Assembly: GCA_027076325.1 (NCBI GenBank)
Contig: JALTJZ010000059.1
Location: forward strand, 13,445-77,444
Source: Chromatiales bacterium
Lineage (GTDB): Bacteria > Pseudomonadota > Gammaproteobacteria > UBA6429 > Thiohalophilaceae
Length of the DNA stretch: 64,000 bases
Reading direction: 5' to 3'
The notes under the pieces were generated by a model, which made no database searches, was not told the DNA's origin, and saw only the letters and a list, made by a program, of their open reading frames with translations. Positions 1-9,222 of this stretch are shown here, piece by piece (the stretch's first letter is position 1; every line of letters starts with the position of its first letter). The translations under genes were made by a program, and so were the position numbers.

Positions 1-1
1 A

Positions 2-70
2 GCAGCGATTATAACCGACAATGTCAGCGATCAGGCTATTGTTGATGCTATTATAAAAAACCTTATGTGA
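2..70 (+). CDS. 3-prime end of an ORF truncated by the window edge; position suggests hemD (uroporphyrinogen-III synthase) but 22 codons cannot confirm it
   Basis: Open frame AAIITDNVSDQAIVDAIIKNLM ending at TGA 68-70, 13 nt upstream of the hemX-like start; hemD-hemX-hemY order is common in Gammaproteobacteria. Confidence 0.3.
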   Translation, partial: AAIITDNVSDQAIVDAIIKNLM

Positions 71-83
71 CAGGATACGACTG

Positions 84-1328
84 TTGAATAAACAAGAAGA
101 GACCAAAAAAGAAGCCCCCTCACACAAAGCAAAAAAACAGAAAAAAACCGGCTTCTCTTTTTTAAACTTAAACACCTTTTTATCGGTTGCGATTATTGTC
201 GCTGTCGGTTTTATCAGCTATGTCGGCTGGCAAAAAATCAGCCAGCAACAATCACTTATTAATACCCAACAACAACAGCTTAAACAAATACGCCAGCAGC
301 AAGCACAAATAACCGAACAGGTACAAAAACAACTACAACAAAATACACTGGCGCAGAACACCGAGTTAACCACCCTTAAAGAAACCATTGCTGCATTTTT
401 AAAACAGAACCAGCATAGTCGACGTGACTGGCTAATTGCTGAAGCTGAATATCTGATCAAACTGGCCAACCACCGTTTAGTCCTGGTTCGTGATGTTGCC
501 ACCAGTATCCATGCGCTACGTGCAGCAGACGAACGCCTGCGTGAAGTGGGTAACCCTCGTTTTATTCCATTAAGGCAGGCACTGGCTTTTGATATACAAC
601 AGCTAAACAGCGTACCGGTTATTGATGTTGTTGGCCTCTCCCTCAAGTTAAACGCTATACAAAAACAAATCGAAGCCTTGCCGCTAAAAACACCCGATCC
701 AAAAACCATTGAAAAAAAGAACCAGCAAACAACACAGTTAAGCCAGGCCGAGGGCTGGGAAAAAATACCGGCGGCTATCTGGCAGGACTTGTTAAAACTG
801 TTTCAAATTCAGACGCATAATGAGCGCATCCAGCCTTTACTCTCACCGGAGCATCGCTTTTTCCTGGTGCAAAACTTAAAATTACAACTGGAACAGGCTC
901 GTCTGGCCTTACTCAATAACCAGCCGGTTATTTATAAAGATCGTATTCAACAAGCACAACAATGGATTAAACGTTATTTTGATAACCAGCATGCCTTATC
1001 ACAGGCAGTTAATAAAAATTTAGCCGAACTGTCGCAAATCAAACTGAATATTGCTTTGCCTGATATTTCCAGTAGCTTAGCTAAATTACAACTCCTTCAC
1101 TCAGGCAAGTATAAAGTGAAAAAAGAAAAACCGGCTCTAAACAAACCAGCACAAAAAAACAAACCCAAAAAGAACACAGCGCCCAAAAAGAAATTGCCAA
1201 AATCCAGCGCACCCGATAAAAACCCCGCGGTTAAAAACAAAACACAGCCTGATAAATCAGAAAATACAGCACCACCAAAACAAACCGTTAAACCATCTAC
1301 CAAAGAAAACAACAGCGCGCCTAATTAA
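84..1328 (+). CDS. hemX: HemX-like membrane protein (family often annotated uroporphyrinogen-III C-methyltransferase) with Q-rich coil and K/P-rich C-terminal tail
   Basis: 414-aa ORF with TTG start; N-terminal TM segment FLSVAIIVAVGFISYVGW; HemX-type core RDWLIAEAEYLIKLANHRLVL...AADERLRE; TAATG overlap with hemY. Confidence 0.8.
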   Translation: MNKQEETKKEAPSHKAKKQKKTGFSFLNLNTFLSVAIIVAVGFISYVGWQKISQQQSLINTQQQQLKQIRQQQAQITEQVQKQLQQNTLAQNTELTTLKETIAAFLKQNQHSRRDWLIAEAEYLIKLANHRLVLVRDVATSIHALRAADERLREVGNPRFIPLRQALAFDIQQLNSVPVIDVVGLSLKLNAIQKQIEALPLKTPDPKTIEKKNQQTTQLSQAEGWEKIPAAIWQDLLKLFQIQTHNERIQPLLSPEHRFFLVQNLKLQLEQARLALLNNQPVIYKDRIQQAQQWIKRYFDNQHALSQAVNKNLAELSQIKLNIALPDISSSLAKLQLLHSGKYKVKKEKPALNKPAQKNKPKKNTAPKKKLPKSSAPDKNPAVKNKTQPDKSENTAPPKQTVKPSTKENNSAPN

Positions 1329-2551
1329 TGATGAAAACACTTTTTACTTTTTTAATTATTCTTGCTGTTGCCGCTATACTGGGTATTGTTGCCTATCAGG
1401 ATAATGGCTATGTTTTAATTGGGCGTGGCCATACCACAATTGAAATGTCACTTGCGCTATTTATTGTTTTGCAAATCAGTTTATATTTATTAATTGCCGT
1501 TATCTTGCGTAGCATAAAGCAAACATGGCACCTACCGGATACCATCAAACAGCATCATCACCGCTCAAAAATAGCAAAAGCACATAAAACGTCTAAACAG
1601 GGCTTAATCGCACTGGCACAAGGGCAGTGGAAAAAAGCAGAGAAAACCTTAATCAAAAATATTGATAATACCGAAACACCGTTACTCAATTATTTATCGG
1701 CAGCACGTGCCGCACAAAAGTTAAATGAACCTGAACGACGGGATCATTATCTTTTAATGGCGCATAAAAGTATGCCCGATGCAGACTTCGCGGTAGAACT
1801 GACGCAGGCAGAACTGCAATTAGCACACGGCCAACTCGAACAGTCACTCGCCACTCTGGTGCATTTACGTTCCATCTCACCAAAACACACTCATGTATTA
1901 AATCTGCTCGCACAACTTTACGAAAAATTAAATAGCTGGGATGAATTAAAAGATCTATTGCCTGATCTTAAAAAATACAAAGTAGTCAGTCAGGCAGAGC
2001 TTTATCGCCTACAGAAAATTGTTTTCCAGAAATTACTGGAAAAGGCAGCCAAAGTAGTAAAAATAAATAATAACCCCGAGCATTTTATTTCAACATGGGA
2101 ATCCCTGCCTAAAGAACTGAAAAATGACACCGATCTTATTCTGGATTATTGCCATCAACTCATTCAGTTAAAACAGGACGACATAGCCGAACCAATACTA
2201 CGAACAGCGATAAAACACCAATGGCAACCTGCCTTTATTTATCTGTACGGCCTTGTAAAAGCAACCCAGGCACAACAACAACTCGATTTTGCCGAAAGCC
2301 TTACCAAACAACACGGACAAAATCCGGTACTGCTACTGACGCTGGGACGTTTATGTTTAACCCAGGAACTATGGGGCAAGGCACAAGCCTACTTTGAAGC
2401 AAGCCTGGGCATTACCCCAATGCCGGAAACCTATAAAGAGCTCGGCGAGTTAATGGAAAAACTCAATGAACCTGAAAAAGCAAGCGAGTATTTCAAACAA
2501 GGTTTATTACTCACGGAAAGCCATTTTTCTTATCAAAACTTACCTGTGTAA
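1328..2551 (+). CDS. hemY: HemY-like heme-biosynthesis-associated TPR membrane protein
   Basis: 407-aa ORF; two N-terminal TM helices; C-terminal TPR-like repeats (LGRLCLTQELWGKAQAYFEASL, YKELGELMEKLNEPEKASEYFKQG); follows hemX. Confidence 0.85.
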   Translation: MMKTLFTFLIILAVAAILGIVAYQDNGYVLIGRGHTTIEMSLALFIVLQISLYLLIAVILRSIKQTWHLPDTIKQHHHRSKIAKAHKTSKQGLIALAQGQWKKAEKTLIKNIDNTETPLLNYLSAARAAQKLNEPERRDHYLLMAHKSMPDADFAVELTQAELQLAHGQLEQSLATLVHLRSISPKHTHVLNLLAQLYEKLNSWDELKDLLPDLKKYKVVSQAELYRLQKIVFQKLLEKAAKVVKINNNPEHFISTWESLPKELKNDTDLILDYCHQLIQLKQDDIAEPILRTAIKHQWQPAFIYLYGLVKATQAQQQLDFAESLTKQHGQNPVLLLTLGRLCLTQELWGKAQAYFEASLGITPMPETYKELGELMEKLNEPEKASEYFKQGLLLTESHFSYQNLPV

Positions 2552-2558
2552 TATCACT

Positions 2559-4283
2559 TTAATTACACTCCCTAAACGCAAGCTGTTGACACGTCTGACA
2601 AATATCCCGATCTAAAATATGATAAATCGCGCTGATCGCTTCTCTTTTCGAGTCAAAGAAATGATGGTTTCCTACATGCTTGATAAAACAGGTTCTTGCT
2701 GCAAACTCATAAACTTCTGCGTTTAAATCACAAAAGTACAAACCGCCACCAAGTGCCTTTAAGCGCCGGTGTTCCTGCACCAGCATTTCTGCACCACTTA
2801 AGTCAATAAAGTTAATTCGCGTCCCAATAATAAGAATATTGTATATTCGCTCATTTTCCGATATTTGATGGATTCGGCTTTGAATATGATTAAGCGAACC
2901 AAAATAGACCGACATATCCACACGTATAATTTTAAGCTGCGGACACTGCTTAACCGGCTTCTTTTGAATGTTAACCAGTGAGCGCTTGTTGTTCTCCACA
3001 TCAATACCTAAGGTTGGAATGTTCGGTGTTGAAGTACGCGCTAAAAATAAAACCAGTGACAATAACACGCCCATGTAAATTGCAAACTCCAGCTCAAGGA
3101 ACAACGTTGCAAGGAAGGTTGTAATTAAAATAGAAGACTCTGACTTGCTGTTTTTTAAAATAAGCAGAATATGTTTAAAATTAATTAAGTTATAAGCAAC
3201 AATTAAAATAACGCCACCCATTGCGGCTACCGGCAAATACGCCGTTAAAGGTGCAATAAGCACAACTATCAACATCAACATCACGGCAGCAAAAATAGCC
3301 GACATTGGTGTTTTTGCACCCGCTGTATAGTTAATACCAGAACGTGTAAACGAGCCGGAACCCGCATAGCTGGAAAAAAAACTTCCAACAATATTTGATA
3401 AACCCTGCCCAACAAATTCCTGATTAGAATCAATCCGCTGATTTGACTTTGATGCCACTGCACGGCTAATCGACACAGCCTCGATTAAGCCCAACAATGC
3501 AACCGCAAATGCTTCCGGTGCAAGCTGCTTAATTGTGGCAAACGAAAAATCAGGCAATGACAATGGTGGAAGGTGCGCAGGGATCTCACCCACTAGCGTA
3601 ATGCCCGTTTCCTGCGCATTAAACATAAGCGCTAAAAAGCTGCCTGCAACCAGGCCAATTAAAAGATTGGGCCAGCGTGGCAAATAATGTTTCACGGCCA
3701 CCGCAATAATGAGCGTTGCTGTCGCAATAAAAAAAACATACTCATTAATGCTACCCAGCTGTGAAAAAACATCACCCCAGGTATGAATAAATGATTCACC
3801 ACGGGGTATATCCACACCTAGTACATGCTTAACCTGGCTGCTCACAATAAGCAGTGCCGCCCCCGCAGTAAAACCAATAATAACCGTGTGCGATACAAAA
3901 TTAACTAAACTCCCGAGGCGCGCCAAGCCAAAACCCAGCTGGTATACACCGGCCAGAAAAGTCACGGTCAACACCAGTGAAATAAATTCCGGTGAACCCG
4001 GCTCGGCATAATGGCTCACCGTAGAAAACAGCACAATAGAAATGGCCGTGGTTGGGCCCGAAATCAGGTGCAAAGACGAGCCAAACAAAGCAGCAACAAT
4101 CGGGGGTACCATGGCGGTATATAAACCGTACTCCGGTGGCAGACCCGCAATGGCAGCAAAGGCCACACCTTGTGGCAGCACAATCACCGCACCGGTAAAA
4201 CCGGCAATCAAGTCGGCTTTAATTGTGTCTTTGGTAACTAAACGAAACCAGCTTAAAAAAGGAAAAAACCTTGCCAACGACAT
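2559..4283 (-). CDS. SulP-family anion permease with C-terminal STAS domain
   Basis: 574-aa polytopic ORF; SulP-type N-terminus (DLIAGFTGAVIVLPQGVAFAAIAGLPPEYGLY); C-terminal STAS-like block (IIRVDMSVYFGS...FIDLSGAEML). Confidence 0.9.
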   Translation of the reverse strand: MSLARFFPFLSWFRLVTKDTIKADLIAGFTGAVIVLPQGVAFAAIAGLPPEYGLYTAMVPPIVAALFGSSLHLISGPTTAISIVLFSTVSHYAEPGSPEFISLVLTVTFLAGVYQLGFGLARLGSLVNFVSHTVIIGFTAGAALLIVSSQVKHVLGVDIPRGESFIHTWGDVFSQLGSINEYVFFIATATLIIAVAVKHYLPRWPNLLIGLVAGSFLALMFNAQETGITLVGEIPAHLPPLSLPDFSFATIKQLAPEAFAVALLGLIEAVSISRAVASKSNQRIDSNQEFVGQGLSNIVGSFFSSYAGSGSFTRSGINYTAGAKTPMSAIFAAVMLMLIVVLIAPLTAYLPVAAMGGVILIVAYNLINFKHILLILKNSKSESSILITTFLATLFLELEFAIYMGVLLSLVLFLARTSTPNIPTLGIDVENNKRSLVNIQKKPVKQCPQLKIIRVDMSVYFGSLNHIQSRIHQISENERIYNILIIGTRINFIDLSGAEMLVQEHRRLKALGGGLYFCDLNAEVYEFAARTCFIKHVGNHHFFDSKREAISAIYHILDRDICQTCQQLAFRECN

Positions 4284-4454
4284 GCACTACCTCATGCTTT
4301 CATTCAAAAAAATCAACAATAGAAGGCCATTTACCCATTACAGCAAAACAGAGACAGGATAATTCCTATTAAGAATATATGTAATCTCTAATACAAACTA
4401 GAATAAACAGCAGAAAAATATCGAATATCTCATAAGGCTAATGAAATAGGGATA

Positions 4455-4470
4455 ATATTATGCATATTAT
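4455..4470. promoter_or_regulatory. 16-bp near-palindrome in the SulP/LysR divergent intergenic region; candidate LysR-type operator
   Basis: atattatgcatattat is symmetric about 4462/4463 with one mismatched pair; about 50 nt upstream of the LysR ATG; LysR regulators typically bind A/T-rich dyads of the T-N11-A type. Confidence 0.25.
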
Positions 4471-4521
4471 ACACTCTTATGCTTGACTGACAATTGAATA
4501 TCATTACACTAACATTCCTTT

Positions 4522-5433
4522 ATGGAATATAAAAAACTACCCGATCTTGCTGGGCTGGCTGCCCTGCGTGCCGTGGTTGAACATGGCGGCGTGTCCAGTG
4601 CGGCAGCAATTTTATCCATCGGCCAACCGGCCGTTACCAAGCGCTTGCGCGCGCTCGACGCCTGTTATGGCGCCACCTTGATGGAGCGTGTTGCAGGCCG
4701 TCTGCGACTCACTGCACCGGGCGAGAAAGTTTATACCTTTGCAGTGCAAACACTGGATCGCAATACCCTGCTCACCGAAGACTTACAAAGCCTGGTTGAA
4801 GGTACTAACTTACTTCGCCTGGAAGTCACCTATTCTATTGGTGACCACTTCTTGCCTAAACTACTGGTGCAATTTAGTGAACGTTTTCCGCACTATAAAA
4901 TAAACAGCCGCCTCGGCTACTCGAAGGGTATCCAGACACGGCTAGTCACCGGCCTTGCCGACTTAGCCATTATGGAAAATGCACCCGATCATCCTGATAT
5001 ATTAGTACAAAAATGGCTGGAAGATGAATTATGGCTTACCGTTGGCCCTCGCCACCCTTTGGCACTCGGCCATATTAAAACCATCGAAATACCACAACTC
5101 CAGCAATTTAGCTATGTGTTACGCGAACACCAGGCAGCCGTACGCAAAACAACGGATGAGGCTTTACAAAATATTGGCATTACTAACCTGAATGTTAAAA
5201 TGGAGGTAGGCTCTACCGATGCTATCGTTGAAATATTATTGCGCGGCAACCATGCCAGTTTTTTACCCCGCTTTATCGTTGAAAAATATGTTGCCAGCGC
5301 TCAGCTCTTCCATATTCAGGTAAGCAACCTCAATATCAAACGCATACTCTGGATAGCGCGCAACCGTGCTAGTCTGGATCACCACGTCGCCGAGAGCTTT
5401 ATTCGCTTATTACGAGAATACTCTCTAGAATAA
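4522..5433 (+). CDS. LysR-family transcriptional regulator
   Basis: 303-aa ORF; N-terminal HTH (GGVSSAAAILSIGQPAVTKRLRALD) plus LysR substrate-binding region; divergent from the SulP gene. Confidence 0.9.
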   Translation: MEYKKLPDLAGLAALRAVVEHGGVSSAAAILSIGQPAVTKRLRALDACYGATLMERVAGRLRLTAPGEKVYTFAVQTLDRNTLLTEDLQSLVEGTNLLRLEVTYSIGDHFLPKLLVQFSERFPHYKINSRLGYSKGIQTRLVTGLADLAIMENAPDHPDILVQKWLEDELWLTVGPRHPLALGHIKTIEIPQLQQFSYVLREHQAAVRKTTDEALQNIGITNLNVKMEVGSTDAIVEILLRGNHASFLPRFIVEKYVASAQLFHIQVSNLNIKRILWIARNRASLDHHVAESFIRLLREYSLE

Positions 5434-5463
5434 AAACAACATAGCCAAAACAGGGGCTAAACC

Positions 5464-5727
5464 GTGAATCAACTGGCAAAACGCAAACCCATTTACTGGA
5501 TACTCACCGATCTACTTGGTACATTATTGGTACTGGCCGGTATGTTTCAGTTATTCGGTCTCGAAATACCCTACATCAGTGATTTTTTTCGGGCTTTTTC
5601 TACCGGCTTGCTGCTAACAACCGGTGGTATTATCCTGATTGTTTCCATGCTGCTCTTTCTTATTCCCCTTATCAGAGGCAGCAAACAGAAGCCAGCACCC
5701 ACCACGGTCAAACGCACTAAACGCTAG
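5464..5727 (+). CDS. small hypothetical membrane protein (two predicted TM helices, basic tail)
   Basis: 87-aa ORF with GTG start; hydrophobic stretches LLGTLLVLAGMFQLF and GLLLTTGGIILIVSMLLFLIPLI; no family recognised. Confidence 0.45.
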   Translation: MNQLAKRKPIYWILTDLLGTLLVLAGMFQLFGLEIPYISDFFRAFSTGLLLTTGGIILIVSMLLFLIPLIRGSKQKPAPTTVKRTKR

Positions 5728-5793
5728 CCTTTTAATACACAAAAGCTTTACAATTCAAACACGTACCCTAATTATACTGCTGAAAATAATTAA

Positions 5794-7476
5794 ATGTATT
5801 TACAAAGAACACAACGCCTGCTTACCATTAGCTGGGTTTTAATGCGCCACGGCCTGGATGATCTTATCCTTGCCACGCATCTTTTTCGTCCTTTGCGTTT
5901 TCTGCGTTTAATTTTGCCCTGGCTCTGGTTTCAGCGCACTGAGGCCACGCGCGGTTTAAGGATCCGCCGTAGCCTTGAGGATTTAGGCCCCATCTTTGTC
6001 AAGTTCGGCCAAATACTATCAACACGCAAAGACTTGCTGCCCGAAGACATCGCCATTGAACTTGCCAAATTACAGGATCAGGTTCCACCCTTTGCAGACA
6101 GTACGGCATTGAGCATTCTGGAAAAAACGTACCAACAGTCGCCTCATGCGGTTTTTGCAGAATTTAGCCCAACCCCTTTTGCCTCCGCCTCTATCGCACA
6201 AGTGCATGCTGCTAAACTCCACAGTGGTGAAGAAGTGGTGGTTAAAATTTTGCGCCCCGGCATTATACCCATCATTAAACGTGATGTAGCCATTCTTTAC
6301 AGCATTGCCAGAAAGGTTGACCGCTACTGGTCACTGGGTAAAAAATTGCGCCCAATTGAAATTGTTGCCGAATATGAAAAAACCATACTCAACGAACTTA
6401 ACTTAATGCGTGAAGCCGCTAATGCAACCCAGCTAAGAAGCAACTTTAAAGATTCCAACCTGCTTTACATTCCAGAAATACACTGGGATTACACTCGCCA
6501 GAATGTGATGGTGATGGAACGCATTCATGGCATTCCTGTTTCACATACCGATACTCTGAAAAAGCATGACATAAACTTTAAGCAGCTTGCTGAACATGGC
6601 GTTGAAATATTTTTTACCCAGGTTTTTCGTGACAGTTTTTTTCATGCCGATATGCACCCCGGCAATATTTTTGTTGCCGAAAAAGATCAACAAACACCCT
6701 TACAGGTAAAAGGCCAGTATATTGCAGTTGATTTTGGCATTATGGGTACACTGACCAAAAATGACCAACGTTATCTGGCTGAAAATTTTTTAGCCTTTTT
6801 TAATCACGATTACCGCCGCGTTGCCGAATTGCACATTAACTCAGGCTGGGTGGGTCATGATACCCGCATTGAAGAATTTGAAGCGGCTATTCGTACTGTG
6901 TGTGAACCTGTTTTTAACAAGCCCTTAAAAGAAATTTCATTCGCACAGGTTTTACTTGGCTTATTTAATACCGCACGTGAATTTGATATTACCGTACAGC
7001 CACAACTTATTTTATTACAAAAGACGCTATTAAACATAGAAGGGCTAGGACGACAACTTTACCCTGATCTGGATCTATGGCAAACCGCCAAACCCTTTCT
7101 TGAAAAATGGATGCATACCCAGATTGGCCCTCAAGCTATCTTTAAGCAATTTAAAGATAACTTCCCGTTATGGCTGGAGCAAATGCCACAACTGCCCGCT
7201 TTAGTGCATGATGTTTTAACACAGGCAAAAGAAGGTAAGCTCACTACACAGCTTTCAGCCCAACAAATGAAAGAAATCAAACGAACCCTGCATAAAAATA
7301 ATCAGCGTACTTTTACTGCGATTGTTGGCAGTAGCCTGATTATTGGTGCCAGTGTTATTTTTGCCCTGGATGGTTACGGAAAATTTATGATTGAAGATAT
7401 ACCACTTGCGACATGGGTATTGGGCTCGCTGGGTATTATCCTGTTAATTAATGCCTGGCCAGGTTCGAATGACTAA
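5794..7476 (+). CDS. ubiB: ubiquinone biosynthesis regulatory kinase-like protein UbiB (ABC1 family)
   Basis: 560-aa ORF; ABC1/UbiB motifs (FVKFGQILSTRKDLLP, ASASIAQVHAA, VVVKILRPG, FHADMHPGNIFV); C-terminal TM helices. Confidence 0.9.
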   Translation: MYLQRTQRLLTISWVLMRHGLDDLILATHLFRPLRFLRLILPWLWFQRTEATRGLRIRRSLEDLGPIFVKFGQILSTRKDLLPEDIAIELAKLQDQVPPFADSTALSILEKTYQQSPHAVFAEFSPTPFASASIAQVHAAKLHSGEEVVVKILRPGIIPIIKRDVAILYSIARKVDRYWSLGKKLRPIEIVAEYEKTILNELNLMREAANATQLRSNFKDSNLLYIPEIHWDYTRQNVMVMERIHGIPVSHTDTLKKHDINFKQLAEHGVEIFFTQVFRDSFFHADMHPGNIFVAEKDQQTPLQVKGQYIAVDFGIMGTLTKNDQRYLAENFLAFFNHDYRRVAELHINSGWVGHDTRIEEFEAAIRTVCEPVFNKPLKEISFAQVLLGLFNTAREFDITVQPQLILLQKTLLNIEGLGRQLYPDLDLWQTAKPFLEKWMHTQIGPQAIFKQFKDNFPLWLEQMPQLPALVHDVLTQAKEGKLTTQLSAQQMKEIKRTLHKNNQRTFTAIVGSSLIIGASVIFALDGYGKFMIEDIPLATWVLGSLGIILLINAWPGSND

Positions 7477-7502
7477 CTTATGCCTTGCAGCTGGCTTCTA
7501 AA

Positions 7503-7766
7503 ATGCCAGCCAAACCATCCTGGTATGTTTATATCCTGCAGTGCGCCGATAACAGCTTATACACCGGCATTACCACTGATGTAAAACGCCGTGTTTCTGA
7601 ACATAATCACGATAATAAACTTGCGGCAAAATACACCCGTGTGCGCAGGCCTGTCAAACTGGTTTATCAGGAAGAATTAAAATCACGCTCATTAGCAACA
7701 AAACGTGAAGCTGAAATAAAAAAATTAAAGCGCGAAAAAAAGGCCTTTTTAACTAAGACATTCTGA
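7503..7766 (+). CDS. stand-alone GIY-YIG nuclease-superfamily protein (UPF0213/YhbQ-like)
   Basis: SWYVYILQCADNSLYTGITTDVKRRVSEHN matches GIY...YIG plus the conserved R/E region; ATG at 7503 preferred over the track's TTG at 7485. Confidence 0.85.
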   Translation: MPAKPSWYVYILQCADNSLYTGITTDVKRRVSEHNHDNKLAAKYTRVRRPVKLVYQEELKSRSLATKREAEIKKLKREKKAFLTKTF

Positions 7767-7767
7767 T

Positions 7768-9222
7768 TTAACCTAAAGTAAAGAAAAAGGTTGCACCTTT
7801 ATTGACGGCCGCCTCTGCCCAGATGCGACCATGATGTCGGTGAATGATACGCTGCACAGTTGCCAACCCAATGCCCGTGCCCTCGAACTCTTTGTCATTG
7901 TGCATACGTTGAAAAGCACCAAATAATTTACTTGCATAATGCATATCAAAACCGGCACCGTTATCCCTGACAAAATAAATTTTTTGCCAGTCTATTATTT
8001 TGCAGCCAACTTCAATACGGGCATTATCGGTTTTTGCACTGTATTTCCAGGCATTGTTTAATAAATTTTCAAACACAATCATTATCATATTTCGATCACA
8101 ATTTGCTTTAATATTACTTTCTATATGAATATCAACCTGCCTTTGTGGATACGTCATCCTCAGATTTTCAATAATCTCATCGGCCACTTCAGTTAAATTA
8201 ATTGTTTCCAAAGTCAGCTCAGCTCGCCCAATACGTGAAAGCTCAAGCAATGAATTGATTAATGCAGACATCCGTTGAGAAGCCTCCCTGATTCTTTTCA
8301 ATGAATCCAGATCCTGTTTATCCAGTTTTGAGGTACACTCTTCAATCAAGATCTGACTAAAGCCATCAATACTTCTTAATGGTGCCCGTAAATCATGTGA
8401 CACGGAATATGAAAATGACTCAAGCTCAGCATTACTTTGCTGCAACTGTGTTGTGCGCTTATCAACCTCCTTACGTAAACGCTGCTCTTCACCCTGAATT
8501 TCATCCCATGCAATATTTAATCTGCCCTGCATGTCCTGAAATGCTCTCGCCAGCTTTCCAATTTCATCATTACGCTGTGTTAATGATTTATCAATATCCT
8601 GCCTCTTTTCTTCACCCAAAGAAATCATTGTAATGGCTTTGGTTAACCTCTCAAATGGCAGTGAATAATACCTCACTAACCATACCGATGCTGGAATAAG
8701 GATAATAAGAAAAACAGCGATAACACCTAAAATAGTTAACATAGTGCTGGTGTTTATAAATTTAATATCATCATCGCTCCATGCTAAATGTGCATAGGCA
8801 ATGGTTTTATTACCAACAATTGCCGGATAGATAACTTCGGTGGCCTCCCTGGATTGATACTGTAATTTAACTTTAACCAAAGCACTTGTGCCAACGCTGG
8901 AATGCTTTATTTTACTGCCAGTCAGCGCTACATCACTATGTGTAAGTATGATGCCATCAGGAGAAGACAAATAAGCATATAAATAGTAATCGCCTGACAT
9001 AACCGATGTTACCCAACGCTCCAACAGTTCATAGTCTTCCGTTATCAAAGCATCCAGACTTCCATTTGCGAGTGTTTTGACCTGGCCGATGGCTTGTTGT
9101 GTACGTTCGCTAATAAGCTGCTGGTGACGATCCTTTAGCAGTAAAAAGGCCAGCGTCAAAAGACTTAACAGCAATATGAGCGTTAAACCTATCGATAACC
9201 TGGTAAACAAGCCCATATGCAT
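7768..9222 (-). CDS. membrane sensor histidine kinase (periplasmic sensor, HAMP-like linker, HisKA, HATPase_c); no adjacent response regulator
   Basis: 484-aa ORF; two TM segments flank a roughly 130-aa periplasmic region; H-box FSYSVSHDLRAPL; N/G boxes LLNNAWKYS, DNGAGFD, GTGIGLA. Confidence 0.9.
   Translation of the reverse strand: MHMGLFTRLSIGLTLILLLSLLTLAFLLLKDRHQQLISERTQQAIGQVKTLANGSLDALITEDYELLERWVTSVMSGDYYLYAYLSSPDGIILTHSDVALTGSKIKHSSVGTSALVKVKLQYQSREATEVIYPAIVGNKTIAYAHLAWSDDDIKFINTSTMLTILGVIAVFLIILIPASVWLVRYYSLPFERLTKAITMISLGEEKRQDIDKSLTQRNDEIGKLARAFQDMQGRLNIAWDEIQGEEQRLRKEVDKRTTQLQQSNAELESFSYSVSHDLRAPLRSIDGFSQILIEECTSKLDKQDLDSLKRIREASQRMSALINSLLELSRIGRAELTLETINLTEVADEIIENLRMTYPQRQVDIHIESNIKANCDRNMIMIVFENLLNNAWKYSAKTDNARIEVGCKIIDWQKIYFVRDNGAGFDMHYASKLFGAFQRMHNDKEFEGTGIGLATVQRIIHRHHGRIWAEAAVNKGATFFFTLG

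Noticed and set aside
218-709. Long antisense or alternative-frame ORFs inside well-supported genes: 218-709 (-), 13526-13939 (+), 14922-15437 (+), 19917-20441 (-), 28756-29148 (-), 40389-40694 (+) and similar
   Set aside because: Each lies wholly within a gene with strong family motifs on the other strand or frame. Their products are Cys/Ser/Arg-rich or otherwise low-complexity, with no motifs. This is typical shadow-ORF behaviour.
1090-1325. K/P-rich tail of HemX (KPKK/APKK-like units) and the poly-Q segment near its N-terminus, considered as possible tandem DNA repeats
   Set aside because: The nucleotide sequence shows no exact periodic unit. It is low-complexity coding sequence, not a repeat array.
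7462-7470. ggttcgaat, reminiscent of a tRNA T-arm (GGTTCGAAT)
   Set aside because: It lies inside the last codons of ubiB. No acceptor stem or anticodon arm can be folded around it. A second ggttcgaa at about 62873 is inside the GT2 gene. No tRNA is supported anywhere in the window.
7764-7770. Convergent GIY-YIG and histidine-kinase genes with a single nucleotide between their stop codons and no terminator
   Set aside because: Tight convergent gene ends are common in compact genomes, and nothing else is unusual in the sequence. I noted it only as context for the kinase finding.
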